The notes under the pieces were generated by a model that was not told where the DNA came from, did not search any database, and saw only the letters and a program-made list of their open reading frames with translations. A stretch of DNA of 64,000 bases, taken from contig DATGXN010000007.1 of the NCBI GenBank assembly GCA_035298945.1, positions 1,479 through 65,478 on the forward strand, written 5' to 3'. Each line of letters opens with the position of its first letter. Positions within the stretch are counted from its first letter, which is position 1. Positions 37,337 to 46,145 of the stretch are shown piece by piece. Source of the DNA: Chitinophagaceae bacterium (lineage in GTDB: Bacteria; Bacteroidota; Bacteroidia; Chitinophagales; Chitinophagaceae). Position numbers and translations under genes: made by a program.

Positions 37337-39589
37337 ATGAAAAAGGTAATCAACATAAATTTTCAAGGCAGGGTGATCCCGATAGAGGAATCGGCCTATG
37401 AAATATTGCAGCATTACACGGATAGCCTGAGGAAATATTTCGCGAAGGAAGAAGGCAGAGACGAGATCATCAATGATATTGAGAACAGGATCGCTGAATT
37501 GTTCACTGAAGACCTGAAGAAAGGGAGTGCATGTATCACCGACCAGCATGTAGAGACCGTGATTAAGGGTATTGGCAGGCCGGAAGATTTTGACAGTGAA
37601 GGGGCAGCAGAAGCGGGAGCCACATCAGGCGCATCAGGCAGTTCGTCAACATCTTATACAGCACAGGAAGAACCAAGAGGATCACTGTTCAGGAATGAGA
37701 ACGACAAAGTACTGGGTGGTGTTTGTAGCGGTTTGGCATACTATCTTAAAATAGACCCCGCCATTGTACGTGTGCTGTTTGCGCTGGTGACATTGGGTGG
37801 TTTTGGTTCAGGTATCCCTCTTTATATCATATTATGGATCGTACTGCCTGCCAAGGGCATGCAGGCTAATATGAGAAGAAGGTTATATCGCAATCCGGAA
37901 AGTAAAGTGATCGGTGGTGTGGCAAGCGGTATCTCCGCATATTTCAATATCCCTGTATGGGTACCCCGCGTAATCTTCGCTTTGCCTTTGATCCTGGGCG
38001 TATTCCACTCGATTTTCAGGAATGTCTGGTTCTTCGGCAATTTCGATGGATTCCCTGACTTCATATTCGGTGGATTTGGTGGAACATTGTTCCTTATCTA
38101 TGTGATCTTATGGATGGTGATCCCTGAAGCCAGAACGGCATCGGAGAAACTGGAAATGCGTGGTGAAAAAATTGACCTGGAAAGTATAAAGAATTCAGTA
38201 CAGGAAGAACTCCAGGGCGTTAAAGGAAGAGCCGAGAAATTTGGTTCGGAGTTTGGAGAGAAAGCGAAAGCCTGGGGTGAAGAAGTAGGCCAATGGGGTA
38301 AAGATGTAAGTAATCAATCAGCTAAAGTATACAGTTCTGAGATCGGCCCTGCGGCAAGAAGAGCTGGTAACGGCTTTGCTCATGCCATCGGGGTATTGTT
38401 CAAAGCATTCTTTCTATTCATTGCAGGGATCATTGTATTTGCGATTTTCATCGCCTTCACAGCCGTCCTTTTCTCGGGACTGGGCTATGGTGTATATGAT
38501 CTGAAGAATTATGTTTTAGAAGGTTTCTGGCAGAATTTCCTGGCCTTCAATACTATTGTGCTTTTGTTTGGTATTCCTATCATTGCTGCAGTAGTTTGGA
38601 TCATCAGGAGAATGACCGGGGCACGTTCCAACAACAGCTACCTGGGTTGGACTTTCGGCAGCCTTTGGACCATTGGACTGATCAGTGCGGTCTTCCTTGG
38701 AGCGATCATCACCAGGCAGTTCAAACGTGTTGAATCAGTGCAGGAGGAAATTCAACTGACCAATCCATCAAATGGAAAACTGGCTGTGAATGTGATGCCG
38801 GCTGACGGAAGGTTCTACAGCATGATATGGTTCGATGAAGACAATGAACATGAAAAATTTCCCAAGCTCAGTGCCGACGAAGACAGTATGCTGATCAACA
38901 CCATCAGGGTGAAAGTGGAGCGCAGCGATGACTCAGGTTATCATGCCTATCTGCTGAAATTCGCAAGGGCAAATACGCCTACTGAAGCTGAGGCCAATGC
39001 AGAAAAGATCAGCTTTCCCGTCAGCCAGAAAGATTCTGTACTTTATCTGCCGGAAGGGTTTGCGATCACCAAGCAAAACAAATTCAGGAACCAGCAGGTG
39101 ATGGTGGTGATCGAAGTTCCGGTTGGTAAACAGATTCGTTTAGATAACAGGACAGATGAGTTCGATTGGTTCACCGTCAGTGCAAGATACCGGGGTCGTG
39201 AACGCGGCTTGAGTATAGATTCCGACGACGACTGGAGGCGCGATTATGGTTATAGAACAGATGTGTGGTACACCATGACCGCAACAGGCATGGAAAGGAC
39301 CGATAAGAAATCAGACGATTGGAATGCAGATGAGAATCAGGATGAAAACAACAATGAGAATAAAGGGAATAATGACGGGTATAGGTATAAAAAAGATAAG
39401 GAGATAAAGATCGATACGGTTGATATCAAACTGAAAGGCAAGGATACAACGGTCAATATCAGGCTCAATACAATGCTGGACAGGAAGGTGCAAAAAGAAT
39501 CAGATGAAGAAGAAAGCCCAGTCAGAAAGAAAGGGGCTTATGTTTATCATATGATCTCGATCTTTGACCTGATGAGGATTGGAAAGTGA
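37337..39589 (+). CDS. PspC-domain envelope-stress membrane protein
   Basis: KK.ININ..G N-terminus; two PspC domains (DKVLGGVCSGLA, SKVIGGVASGIS); TM cluster; acidic C-terminal tail. Confidence 0.88.
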   Translation: MKKVININFQGRVIPIEESAYEILQHYTDSLRKYFAKEEGRDEIINDIENRIAELFTEDLKKGSACITDQHVETVIKGIGRPEDFDSEGAAEAGATSGASGSSSTSYTAQEEPRGSLFRNENDKVLGGVCSGLAYYLKIDPAIVRVLFALVTLGGFGSGIPLYIILWIVLPAKGMQANMRRRLYRNPESKVIGGVASGISAYFNIPVWVPRVIFALPLILGVFHSIFRNVWFFGNFDGFPDFIFGGFGGTLFLIYVILWMVIPEARTASEKLEMRGEKIDLESIKNSVQEELQGVKGRAEKFGSEFGEKAKAWGEEVGQWGKDVSNQSAKVYSSEIGPAARRAGNGFAHAIGVLFKAFFLFIAGIIVFAIFIAFTAVLFSGLGYGVYDLKNYVLEGFWQNFLAFNTIVLLFGIPIIAAVVWIIRRMTGARSNNSYLGWTFGSLWTIGLISAVFLGAIITRQFKRVESVQEEIQLTNPSNGKLAVNVMPADGRFYSMIWFDEDNEHEKFPKLSADEDSMLINTIRVKVERSDDSGYHAYLLKFARANTPTEAEANAEKISFPVSQKDSVLYLPEGFAITKQNKFRNQQVMVVIEVPVGKQIRLDNRTDEFDWFTVSARYRGRERGLSIDSDDDWRRDYGYRTDVWYTMTATGMERTDKKSDDWNADENQDENNNENKGNNDGYRYKKDKEIKIDTVDIKLKGKDTTVNIRLNTMLDRKVQKESDEEESPVRKKGAYVYHMISIFDLMRIGK

Positions 39590-39611
39590 GATATTATAGG
39601 AACTCCACCGG

Positions 39612-39655
39612 AAAGAGGCTGTCTTTAGAATTAAGACAGCCTCTTTTTCTTTTTA
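39612..39655 (+). terminator. Intrinsic terminator of padR-pspC
   Basis: AAAGAGGCTGTCTT-tagaatt-AAGACAGCCTCTTT followed by TTCTTTTT. Confidence 0.85.
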
Positions 39656-39672
39656 CAAATAACCATGCGGCG

Positions 39673-39680
39673 TATCTTTG
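39673..39680 (+). promoter_or_regulatory. Bacteroidota -7 promoter box of gcvT
   Basis: TATCTTTG is an exact TAnnTTTG match, 18 nt before ATG 39699. Confidence 0.65.
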
Positions 39681-39698
39681 CCACCCTCAATAGATTGT

Positions 39699-40784
39699 AT
39701 GAAGTCAACCCCGTTCACGCACAAACACCTGGCCCTGGGGGCTAAAATGGCCGAATTCGCCGGATATAATATGCCTATTTCCTATACAGGGATCAACGAT
39801 GAGCACCATTCCGTCAGGAACAATTCAGGTGTTTTTGATGTGAGCCATATGGGCGAATTCATCTTAAAGGGCGAAAATGCCCTCGACCTGATCCAGCGTT
39901 TAACTACCAACGATGCCTCTAAGCTGAGCAATGGGAAAGCCCAGTACAGCTGCCTGACCAACGAGAATGGTGGAATAGTGGACGACCTGCTGGTGTATTG
40001 CATAGAGGAGAACAAAGTGTACATGCTGGTGGTGAATGCTTCCAATATTGAAAAAGACTGGGAATGGATCGTTCGTCATAATTCTGCCAATGTGGAAATG
40101 CACAATATTTCCGACAAAACCTGCTTGCTTGCGATCCAGGGACCCAATGCAACCAGGATCCTGCAACCATTGACCGACATGGATATCCTGAATATGAAAT
40201 ACTACACGTTTTCCAAAGGAAAATTTGCAGGAGTTGACAATGTACTGGTCAGTGCTACCGGTTACACCGGGGCAGGCGGTGTTGAGATCTATTTTGAAGA
40301 TAAGGATGACAATGCTAACAGGATCTGGGATGCGATCTTCGAAGCAGGTGCGGCTGCGGGCATCAAGCCCATTGGCCTGGGAGCAAGGGATACGCTCCGT
40401 CTTGAAAAAGGATTCTGTCTATACGGTAATGATATTGATGATTTCTCCACTCCACTGGAAGCAGGGTTGGGATGGATCACGAAATTCACCAAGGGTTTCA
40501 CCGCCAGTGATTACCTGCAAAAGCAGAAAGCAAATGGCGTGGAGAAAAAACTGGTGGGCTTTGAGATGGTCGATAAAGGTATACCCCGTCACGATTACCG
40601 GATCAAAGATGCAGAAGGCAATCTCATCGGACGTGTTACCTCGGGTACTCAGTCACCCAGCCTTCAAAAAGCAGTTGGCCTTGGATATGTGCTTACAGAA
40701 CATTCCACCCTGGACAGCGAGATCTATGTGGAAGTCCGCGATAAGTTACTGAAGGCAAAAGTTGTTAAAATACCATTCGTTTAG
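39699..40784 (+). CDS. gcvT: Glycine cleavage system aminomethyltransferase T
   Basis: FAGY.MPI.Y, EH..VR...[29 protein letters not shown]. Start moved to ATG 39699. Confidence 0.95.
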   Translation: MKSTPFTHKHLALGAKMAEFAGYNMPISYTGINDEHHSVRNNSGVFDVSHMGEFILKGENALDLIQRLTTNDASKLSNGKAQYSCLTNENGGIVDDLLVYCIEENKVYMLVVNASNIEKDWEWIVRHNSANVEMHNISDKTCLLAIQGPNATRILQPLTDMDILNMKYYTFSKGKFAGVDNVLVSATGYTGAGGVEIYFEDKDDNANRIWDAIFEAGAAAGIKPIGLGARDTLRLEKGFCLYGNDIDDFSTPLEAGLGWITKFTKGFTASDYLQKQKANGVEKKLVGFEMVDKGIPRHDYRIKDAEGNLIGRVTSGTQSPSLQKAVGLGYVLTEHSTLDSEIYVEVRDKLLKAKVVKIPFV

Positions 40785-40853
40785 CAGTTAGCGGTGAGCA
40801 GTAAGCAGTGAGCAGGGATCATGTGCTGCTTACTGCTCACCGCTAACTGCTAA
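40781..40853. repeat. Perfect 28-bp inverted repeat built of heptamers
   Basis: TTAGCAGTTAGCGGTGAGCAGTAAGCAG, 17-nt loop, exact reverse complement at 40826-40853; includes the gcvT stop codon. Confidence 0.9.
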
Positions 40854-40870
40854 CTGCTTTAATTAATAAT

Positions 40871-41596
40871 ATGACTAAACCCTCCCTCCATACTTCCCTT
40901 TCCCCTGCATTGCTTCATCTTTATGATGTGTCTGATTCCATTGTGGTGATCATTGATGTGCTGCGGGCAACATCTACCATAGCTACAGCTTTATACAATG
41001 GTGCAGCATCCGTGATACCGGTTGCTACTGTGCCCAGGTGTATTGAACTGGGTAAAGAATTGGGGGGGATCACAGCAGGTGAAAGAGACGGGAAAGTGGC
41101 GGAAGGACTTGAATATGGAAATTCTCCTTTTGAATATCCGCCTTCATTCATTAAGGATAGAGTACTTGTGCTAACCACCACTAACGGTACAAAACTCCTT
41201 CACATGGCGCTGGACAATGGAGCCAAAGAGATCATTACAGGATCTTTCCCCAACCTATCGGCGGTATGCGATCACCTGATCAAAAAGAACCAGAATGTGA
41301 TCCTGGGTTGTGCAGCGTGGAAAGACAGGGTAAACATCGAGGATACTTTATTTGCCGGCGCAGTGATCGACCGCATCCAGGATCATTTTCACATTCGTTG
41401 TGATAGTTCAAGACTGGCCTACAATATGTACAAAACTGCCCAGCCTGATCTTTATGAATTTATGAAGATCAACAATGCTTCACACTATCACAGGCTCACC
41501 AATTTCGGTCTTGAAAAAGACATCCGCTACTGTCTGGCTCCCGATGGGGCTAACGTGCTTCCGCTCTATGTGGGGGACAGGTTAGTTATTGGCTAA
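40871..41596 (+). CDS. comB: 2-phosphosulfolactate phosphatase family protein
   Basis: VVIIDVLRATSTI, GERDG, GNSPFE, TTTNGT, EDTLFAG. Confidence 0.88.
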   Translation: MTKPSLHTSLSPALLHLYDVSDSIVVIIDVLRATSTIATALYNGAASVIPVATVPRCIELGKELGGITAGERDGKVAEGLEYGNSPFEYPPSFIKDRVLVLTTTNGTKLLHMALDNGAKEIITGSFPNLSAVCDHLIKKNQNVILGCAAWKDRVNIEDTLFAGAVIDRIQDHFHIRCDSSRLAYNMYKTAQPDLYEFMKINNASHYHRLTNFGLEKDIRYCLAPDGANVLPLYVGDRLVIG

Positions 41597-41637
41597 TTAT
41601 CAATTAGTCAATTGGTCATTTTGAGTATATTGTATTT

Positions 41638-43344
41638 ATGAAATTAAGGTCGCAAGACTGGTTCGGCAGAACCGGCAAAGATGGCTTCATTTACCGCGCA
41701 TGGATGAAGAACCAGGGAATACCTGATGAAGAATTCAGGGGTAAACCTGTGATCGGTATATGCAATACCTGGAGTGAGTTCACTCCCTGTAATGCTCATT
41801 TCCGTGAGCTGGCAGAGTCTGTCAAGAAAGGCGTGATCGCCGCAGGTGGATTTCCTGTTGAGTTTCCTGTCATGTCACTGGGCGAAACACTGATCAAGCC
41901 TACGGCTATGCTTTACCGTAATCTTGCCAGCATGGACACTGAAGAATCCATCCGTGCCAATCCGATGGATGGTGTAGTGCTCCTTTGCGGTTGTGATAAA
42001 ACCACGCCTTCCCTCGTTATGGGCGCAGCAAGTGTTGACCTCCCTACCATAGTGGTATCAGGAGGCCCGATGCTTACGGGGAGATACCAGGGTAAAACCA
42101 TTGGCACCAGTGATGTATGGCGTTTCAATGATGCCGTGCGGAGTGGCGACATGAGCCAGGAGGAACTTACCGTTGCGGAAGCTTGTATGTGCCGGAGCCG
42201 CGGCCATTGTGCAGTAATGGGCACCGCATCCACCATGGCCTGCATGGTGGAATCACTGGGGCTCACTCTCGCTTCGAATGCAGCTATACCGGCTGCGGAT
42301 AGCCGAAGAAAAGTACTTGCTCAGTATTCCGGCCAGCGAATTGTTGAAATGGTGAAAGAAGATCTCAGGATCTCTAAGGTGCTGACCAGGGAAGCCTTTG
42401 AGAATGCTATCATGGTCAACGCCGCCATCGGTGGGTCAACCAATTTTGTGATACACCTGCTGGCCATTGCGGGCAGGATGGGAGTTGACCTTTCGCTGGA
42501 AGACTTTGACAGGCTATCTGCCAATATTCCGCTTCTTGCCAATCTTCAGCCTTCCGGTGAATTCTTCATGGAAGATTTCTATTATGCCGGTGGTCTGCCA
42601 GTAGTGATGAAAGAGCTGCACAGCCGTTTGCATAACCAGGCATTGGCGGTCAGCGGTAAGGCCATTGAGAAAAATTACAATACAGCCACTTGCTATGAGC
42701 CAACAGTAATTGGTTCATTAGAAAAACCATTCAAGCCTGATACAGGTCTGGTTGTGCTAAAAGGAAATCTTTGTGAGAATGGAGCGGTTCTTAAGCCCAC
42801 TGCAGCAACGCCCGAACTCATGCAACATAAGGGGCAGGCAGTAGTGTTCGAAAACATTGAAGACTATCATGCCAGGATTGATGATCCAGCACTGCCCGTA
42901 ACAAAAGACAGTATCCTGGTATTGAAGAATGTGGGCCCGGTAGGTTATCCGGGAATGCCGGAAGTGGGGAATATGTCGGTTCCGAAAAAATTATTAGAGC
43001 AGGGTATCCATGATATGGTCAGGATTTCTGATGGAAGGATGAGCGGAACAGGATTTGGAACTGTTGTACTGCATGTGTCTCCGGAATCAGCCATGGGTGG
43101 TACGCTTGCATTCGTGCAGAATGGCGACTGGATAGAACTGGACACTGCTAACAGAAAACTCACATTAATGGTCCCGGAAGCTGAACTTGAAGAAAGGAGG
43201 AAGAATTGGAAACCTACCCATAAAGTTCAGACAAGGGGATACGTGCAGCTCTACCAGCAGCATGTACAGCAGGCACACCTGGGTGCTGATATGGATTTTT
43301 GTGTGGGAGGCTCGGGAAGTGTGGTGACGAGGGATAGTCACTGA
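41638..43344 (+). CDS. IlvD/Edd-family dehydratase, sugar-acid (L-arabinonate-type) branch
   Basis: CNTWSE.TPCNAH, GCDKT, C..MGTASTM, GGSTN, DGRMSGT. The LRSQ.WFG..DGF.YR.WMKNQG N-terminus recalls pentonate dehydratases rather than IlvD. Confidence 0.85.
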   Translation: MKLRSQDWFGRTGKDGFIYRAWMKNQGIPDEEFRGKPVIGICNTWSEFTPCNAHFRELAESVKKGVIAAGGFPVEFPVMSLGETLIKPTAMLYRNLASMDTEESIRANPMDGVVLLCGCDKTTPSLVMGAASVDLPTIVVSGGPMLTGRYQGKTIGTSDVWRFNDAVRSGDMSQEELTVAEACMCRSRGHCAVMGTASTMACMVESLGLTLASNAAIPAADSRRKVLAQYSGQRIVEMVKEDLRISKVLTREAFENAIMVNAAIGGSTNFVIHLLAIAGRMGVDLSLEDFDRLSANIPLLANLQPSGEFFMEDFYYAGGLPVVMKELHSRLHNQALAVSGKAIEKNYNTATCYEPTVIGSLEKPFKPDTGLVVLKGNLCENGAVLKPTAATPELMQHKGQAVVFENIEDYHARIDDPALPVTKDSILVLKNVGPVGYPGMPEVGNMSVPKKLLEQGIHDMVRISDGRMSGTGFGTVVLHVSPESAMGGTLAFVQNGDWIELDTANRKLTLMVPEAELEERRKNWKPTHKVQTRGYVQLYQQHVQQAHLGADMDFCVGGSGSVVTRDSH

Positions 43345-43358
43345 TCGATCTACCCCCA

Positions 43359-45239
43359 TCAGCCAATCGTAACAACCAGCACCGGAATCTGTAGCGCATG
43401 CCTGACCGAGTCGATGGTTTCGCCAAAGAAAATATCTTTCAGGCCCGAGTGCCCATGTGCTCCGATCACAAGTATATCTGCTTCGCATTCATTGATGATC
43501 CTGACAAGTTCCTTGGTCCTCATACCAAACCCCAGGCTGATGTCAGCATCAATTCCTTTTTGTCTGAGCTGGTTCTGCAGGTACTGCAATTGTTCCATGT
43601 CCTTTCGCGTTTCGTAGTCGTCACTTTCTTCTCCCAGGATCCGGGATGAAGGGCTTTCAACGATATGTATCAATTGATACCTGGTTTGTTCGTTACCCTG
43701 GCCGAGTGCATATTCGATCAGTTTACCGTCGGATCCGCTCAGATCCAGCGCCACAGCAATTTTTTTGTAAGAAGGTTTGGTGAAAACGATCTCTGGATAA
43801 GTGGAAGAATGAACGGAAAATTCCCTGGAGGCTCTTTTCTTCCTGATCAACGGATGTGCAATAACATAAACCAGGATGAAGGCAAGCGCCGTTAGCACAA
43901 CAATAATGATGATAGCAATGGAGATATGAATGTTGATGAACTTGGTAAGCTCGCCGGCCAGCATCCTGAAGTTGAGATAGAGCAGAACGGCAGCGATCAG
44001 CCAGGCTAGTATTTTTGTGATCCTGCCAATGGCAAATTCACCCATTAATTCTTTATCACTGACAAACTGGATCAGTGGTATGATCGCGAATCCCAGTTGA
44101 AGACTGAGCAATACCTGGCTGAAGATCAACATAGCGTCAACTTCCTGGTCACCATAGATACTGATCACGAGGAAGGCCGGTATAATAGCGATCAGCCTGG
44201 TCATTAGTCTTCGGATCCAGGGATTGATCCTTAGTCTGAGGTAGCCTTCCATAACAATCTGGCCTGACAGGGTTCCGGTAATGGTAGAACTTTGCCCCGC
44301 AGCGATCAGCGCGATGGCGAAGATCTTGGAGGCGTACTGGTTTCCAAGCAATGGTGTCAACAGTTCATGGGCAGACTCGATCCGGGCAACATCCGTTCTG
44401 CCAGTTTTAAAGAATACGGTAGCGGCGAGTACCAGGATTGCAGCATTTACGAAGAATGCGAGGTTGAGCGCGATGGTACTGTCAATGAAATTATATTTCA
44501 ATGCTTCTTTAATGCTCGTTCTGTCCCTGCGGATCTTCCTGGTTTGTACCAGTGCGGAATGCAGGTAAAGGTTATGAGGCATCACAGTAGCTCCGATAAT
44601 GCCGATCATGATATAAAGTGCTTCCTCGTTCTGGATATGAGGTATAAAGCCCAGCGACACTTCTTTAAGGTCTGGCTTGGCAAGTATGATCTCGGCAAGA
44701 AATGAAAATCCTACTATGGCCACCAGTGAGATGATGAAGATCTCCATCCTCCTCATACCTTTTCGTTGGAGAAATAACAGAAGCAGGGTGTCAGTTACCG
44801 TGATCACAACACCCCAGAGAATGGGTATGCCGGTCAGCAGGTGCAAGCCTATGGCCATCCCCAGCACTTCTGCCAGATCGGTGGCCGCGATCGCTATTTC
44901 AGCCAGTACATAAAGGCAGAGATTGATCCATTTCGGGTATGCTTGCCTGTTGGCTTGTGCAAGGTCCATCCCCCTTACTATGCCGAGGCGGGCAGAGAGG
45001 CTTTGCAGTAAAAGCGCCATAAGGTTGCTCATCAGCAGCACCCAGATGAGGCTATACCCGAATTTACTGCCACCTGCCAGATCAGTTGCCCAGTTGCCGG
45101 GGTCCATATAGCCAACGCTGACCAGGTAGGCAGGACCAAGGAATGCAAATATTTTCTTCCACCAGGGTTGAGGGCCGGTTGTTCTGGCGTCTATAGATCC
45201 GTGTACTTCATTAAGAGAAAGGTCAGACCTGTTGCTCAT
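43359..45239 (-). CDS. mntH: Nramp Mn2+ transporter with C-terminal USP domain
   Basis: GYMDPGNWATD, MPHNLYLHS, SQV.LS.QL; C-terminal IAVALD...GAHGH USP domain. Confidence 0.92.
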   Translation of the reverse strand: MSNRSDLSLNEVHGSIDARTTGPQPWWKKIFAFLGPAYLVSVGYMDPGNWATDLAGGSKFGYSLIWVLLMSNLMALLLQSLSARLGIVRGMDLAQANRQAYPKWINLCLYVLAEIAIAATDLAEVLGMAIGLHLLTGIPILWGVVITVTDTLLLLFLQRKGMRRMEIFIISLVAIVGFSFLAEIILAKPDLKEVSLGFIPHIQNEEALYIMIGIIGATVMPHNLYLHSALVQTRKIRRDRTSIKEALKYNFIDSTIALNLAFFVNAAILVLAATVFFKTGRTDVARIESAHELLTPLLGNQYASKIFAIALIAAGQSSTITGTLSGQIVMEGYLRLRINPWIRRLMTRLIAIIPAFLVISIYGDQEVDAMLIFSQVLLSLQLGFAIIPLIQFVSDKELMGEFAIGRITKILAWLIAAVLLYLNFRMLAGELTKFINIHISIAIIIIVVLTALAFILVYVIAHPLIRKKRASREFSVHSSTYPEIVFTKPSYKKIAVALDLSGSDGKLIEYALGQGNEQTRYQLIHIVESPSSRILGEESDDYETRKDMEQLQYLQNQLRQKGIDADISLGFGMRTKELVRIINECEADILVIGAHGHSGLKDIFFGETIDSVRHALQIPVLVVTIG

Positions 45240-45294
45240 CGATATTTGTAATATACTTCAGGTTTGTTACATTGTTGGTTAATAAACGATCAAG

Positions 45295-46080
45295 ATGTTT
45301 GCCGGAAGAACAGCCATTATTACCGGGGCAGGACAAGGCATTGGGTTCACCATAGCCCGAAAGCTTGCAGCACATGGGGTTAATGTAGTACTCAATGATA
45401 TCGATCCGGCCCTTGCCGAAATTGCCGCCACTGCCATTATGAATGAAGGGGGATCGTGCATGGCGTACCCGGGCGATGCATCTGACGTTGAATTTATCAG
45501 GAAAATGGTGGCTGATGCTGTGGCAAACTACGGCGCGATCCATTACACGGTTGCGAATGCAGGGATCACCACATTTGGCGATTTTTTTGAATATACTCCC
45601 GAATCCATGCAAAAGCTGCTGCAGTTGAATATGGCAGGCACTTTCTTCCTGGCGCAGGCTTCTGCCCTGGAAATGCGAAAAACCGGGGGAGGTAGTATAC
45701 TGCTCATGTCTTCTGTTGTGGGTGTGCAGGCCCATAAATATCTCGCCGCTTATGCCATGACCAAAGCTGCCATCCAGATGCTGGCGAAAAACCTGGTACT
45801 TGAATTATCGCCTTATCATATCCGGATCAACTCCATTTCGCCTGGGGCCACCATTACGGAACGCACACTGGCCATAGAACCCGAGTATGAACAAACCTGG
45901 AAAAAGATCACTCCGCTTGGGAAACCTGCAACCACTGAGGATATAGCGAATACCGCTATTTTCTTTTTATCTGATCAGGCCAGTCATATCACAGGGCAGA
46001 ATCTTATAATAGATGGAGGCTGGACCTCAGTTTCCCCTGCTCCCGGTGAAGAACATTTCAAGGACGTAAAGAAGAATTAA
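45295..46080 (+). CDS. Short-chain dehydrogenase/reductase
   Basis: TGAGQGIG, ANAG, SS, YAMTK, N.ISPG, TGQ.L..DGG. Confidence 0.9.
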   Translation: MFAGRTAIITGAGQGIGFTIARKLAAHGVNVVLNDIDPALAEIAATAIMNEGGSCMAYPGDASDVEFIRKMVADAVANYGAIHYTVANAGITTFGDFFEYTPESMQKLLQLNMAGTFFLAQASALEMRKTGGGSILLMSSVVGVQAHKYLAAYAMTKAAIQMLAKNLVLELSPYHIRINSISPGATITERTLAIEPEYEQTWKKITPLGKPATTEDIANTAIFFLSDQASHITGQNLIIDGGWTSVSPAPGEEHFKDVKKN

Positions 46081-46096
46081 TTAGGGCTTTTTCCTT

Positions 46097-46104
46097 TACT
46101 TTTG
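46097..46104 (+). promoter_or_regulatory. -7 promoter box upstream of the SNF2 gene
   Basis: TACTTTTG is an exact TAnnTTTG match. Confidence 0.5.
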
Positions 46105-46145
46105 CAGATTACCCTTTTTGCAATCCGTGGGGAGTTAAAATCATT

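Noticed and set aside
41610-41630. Possible second NrtR site upstream of the dehydratase (15/21 match)
   Set aside because: The core is GT-N7-AG rather than AC and it overlaps a CAATT(A/G)GT mini-repeat; too weak without a PWM, though worth rescoring.
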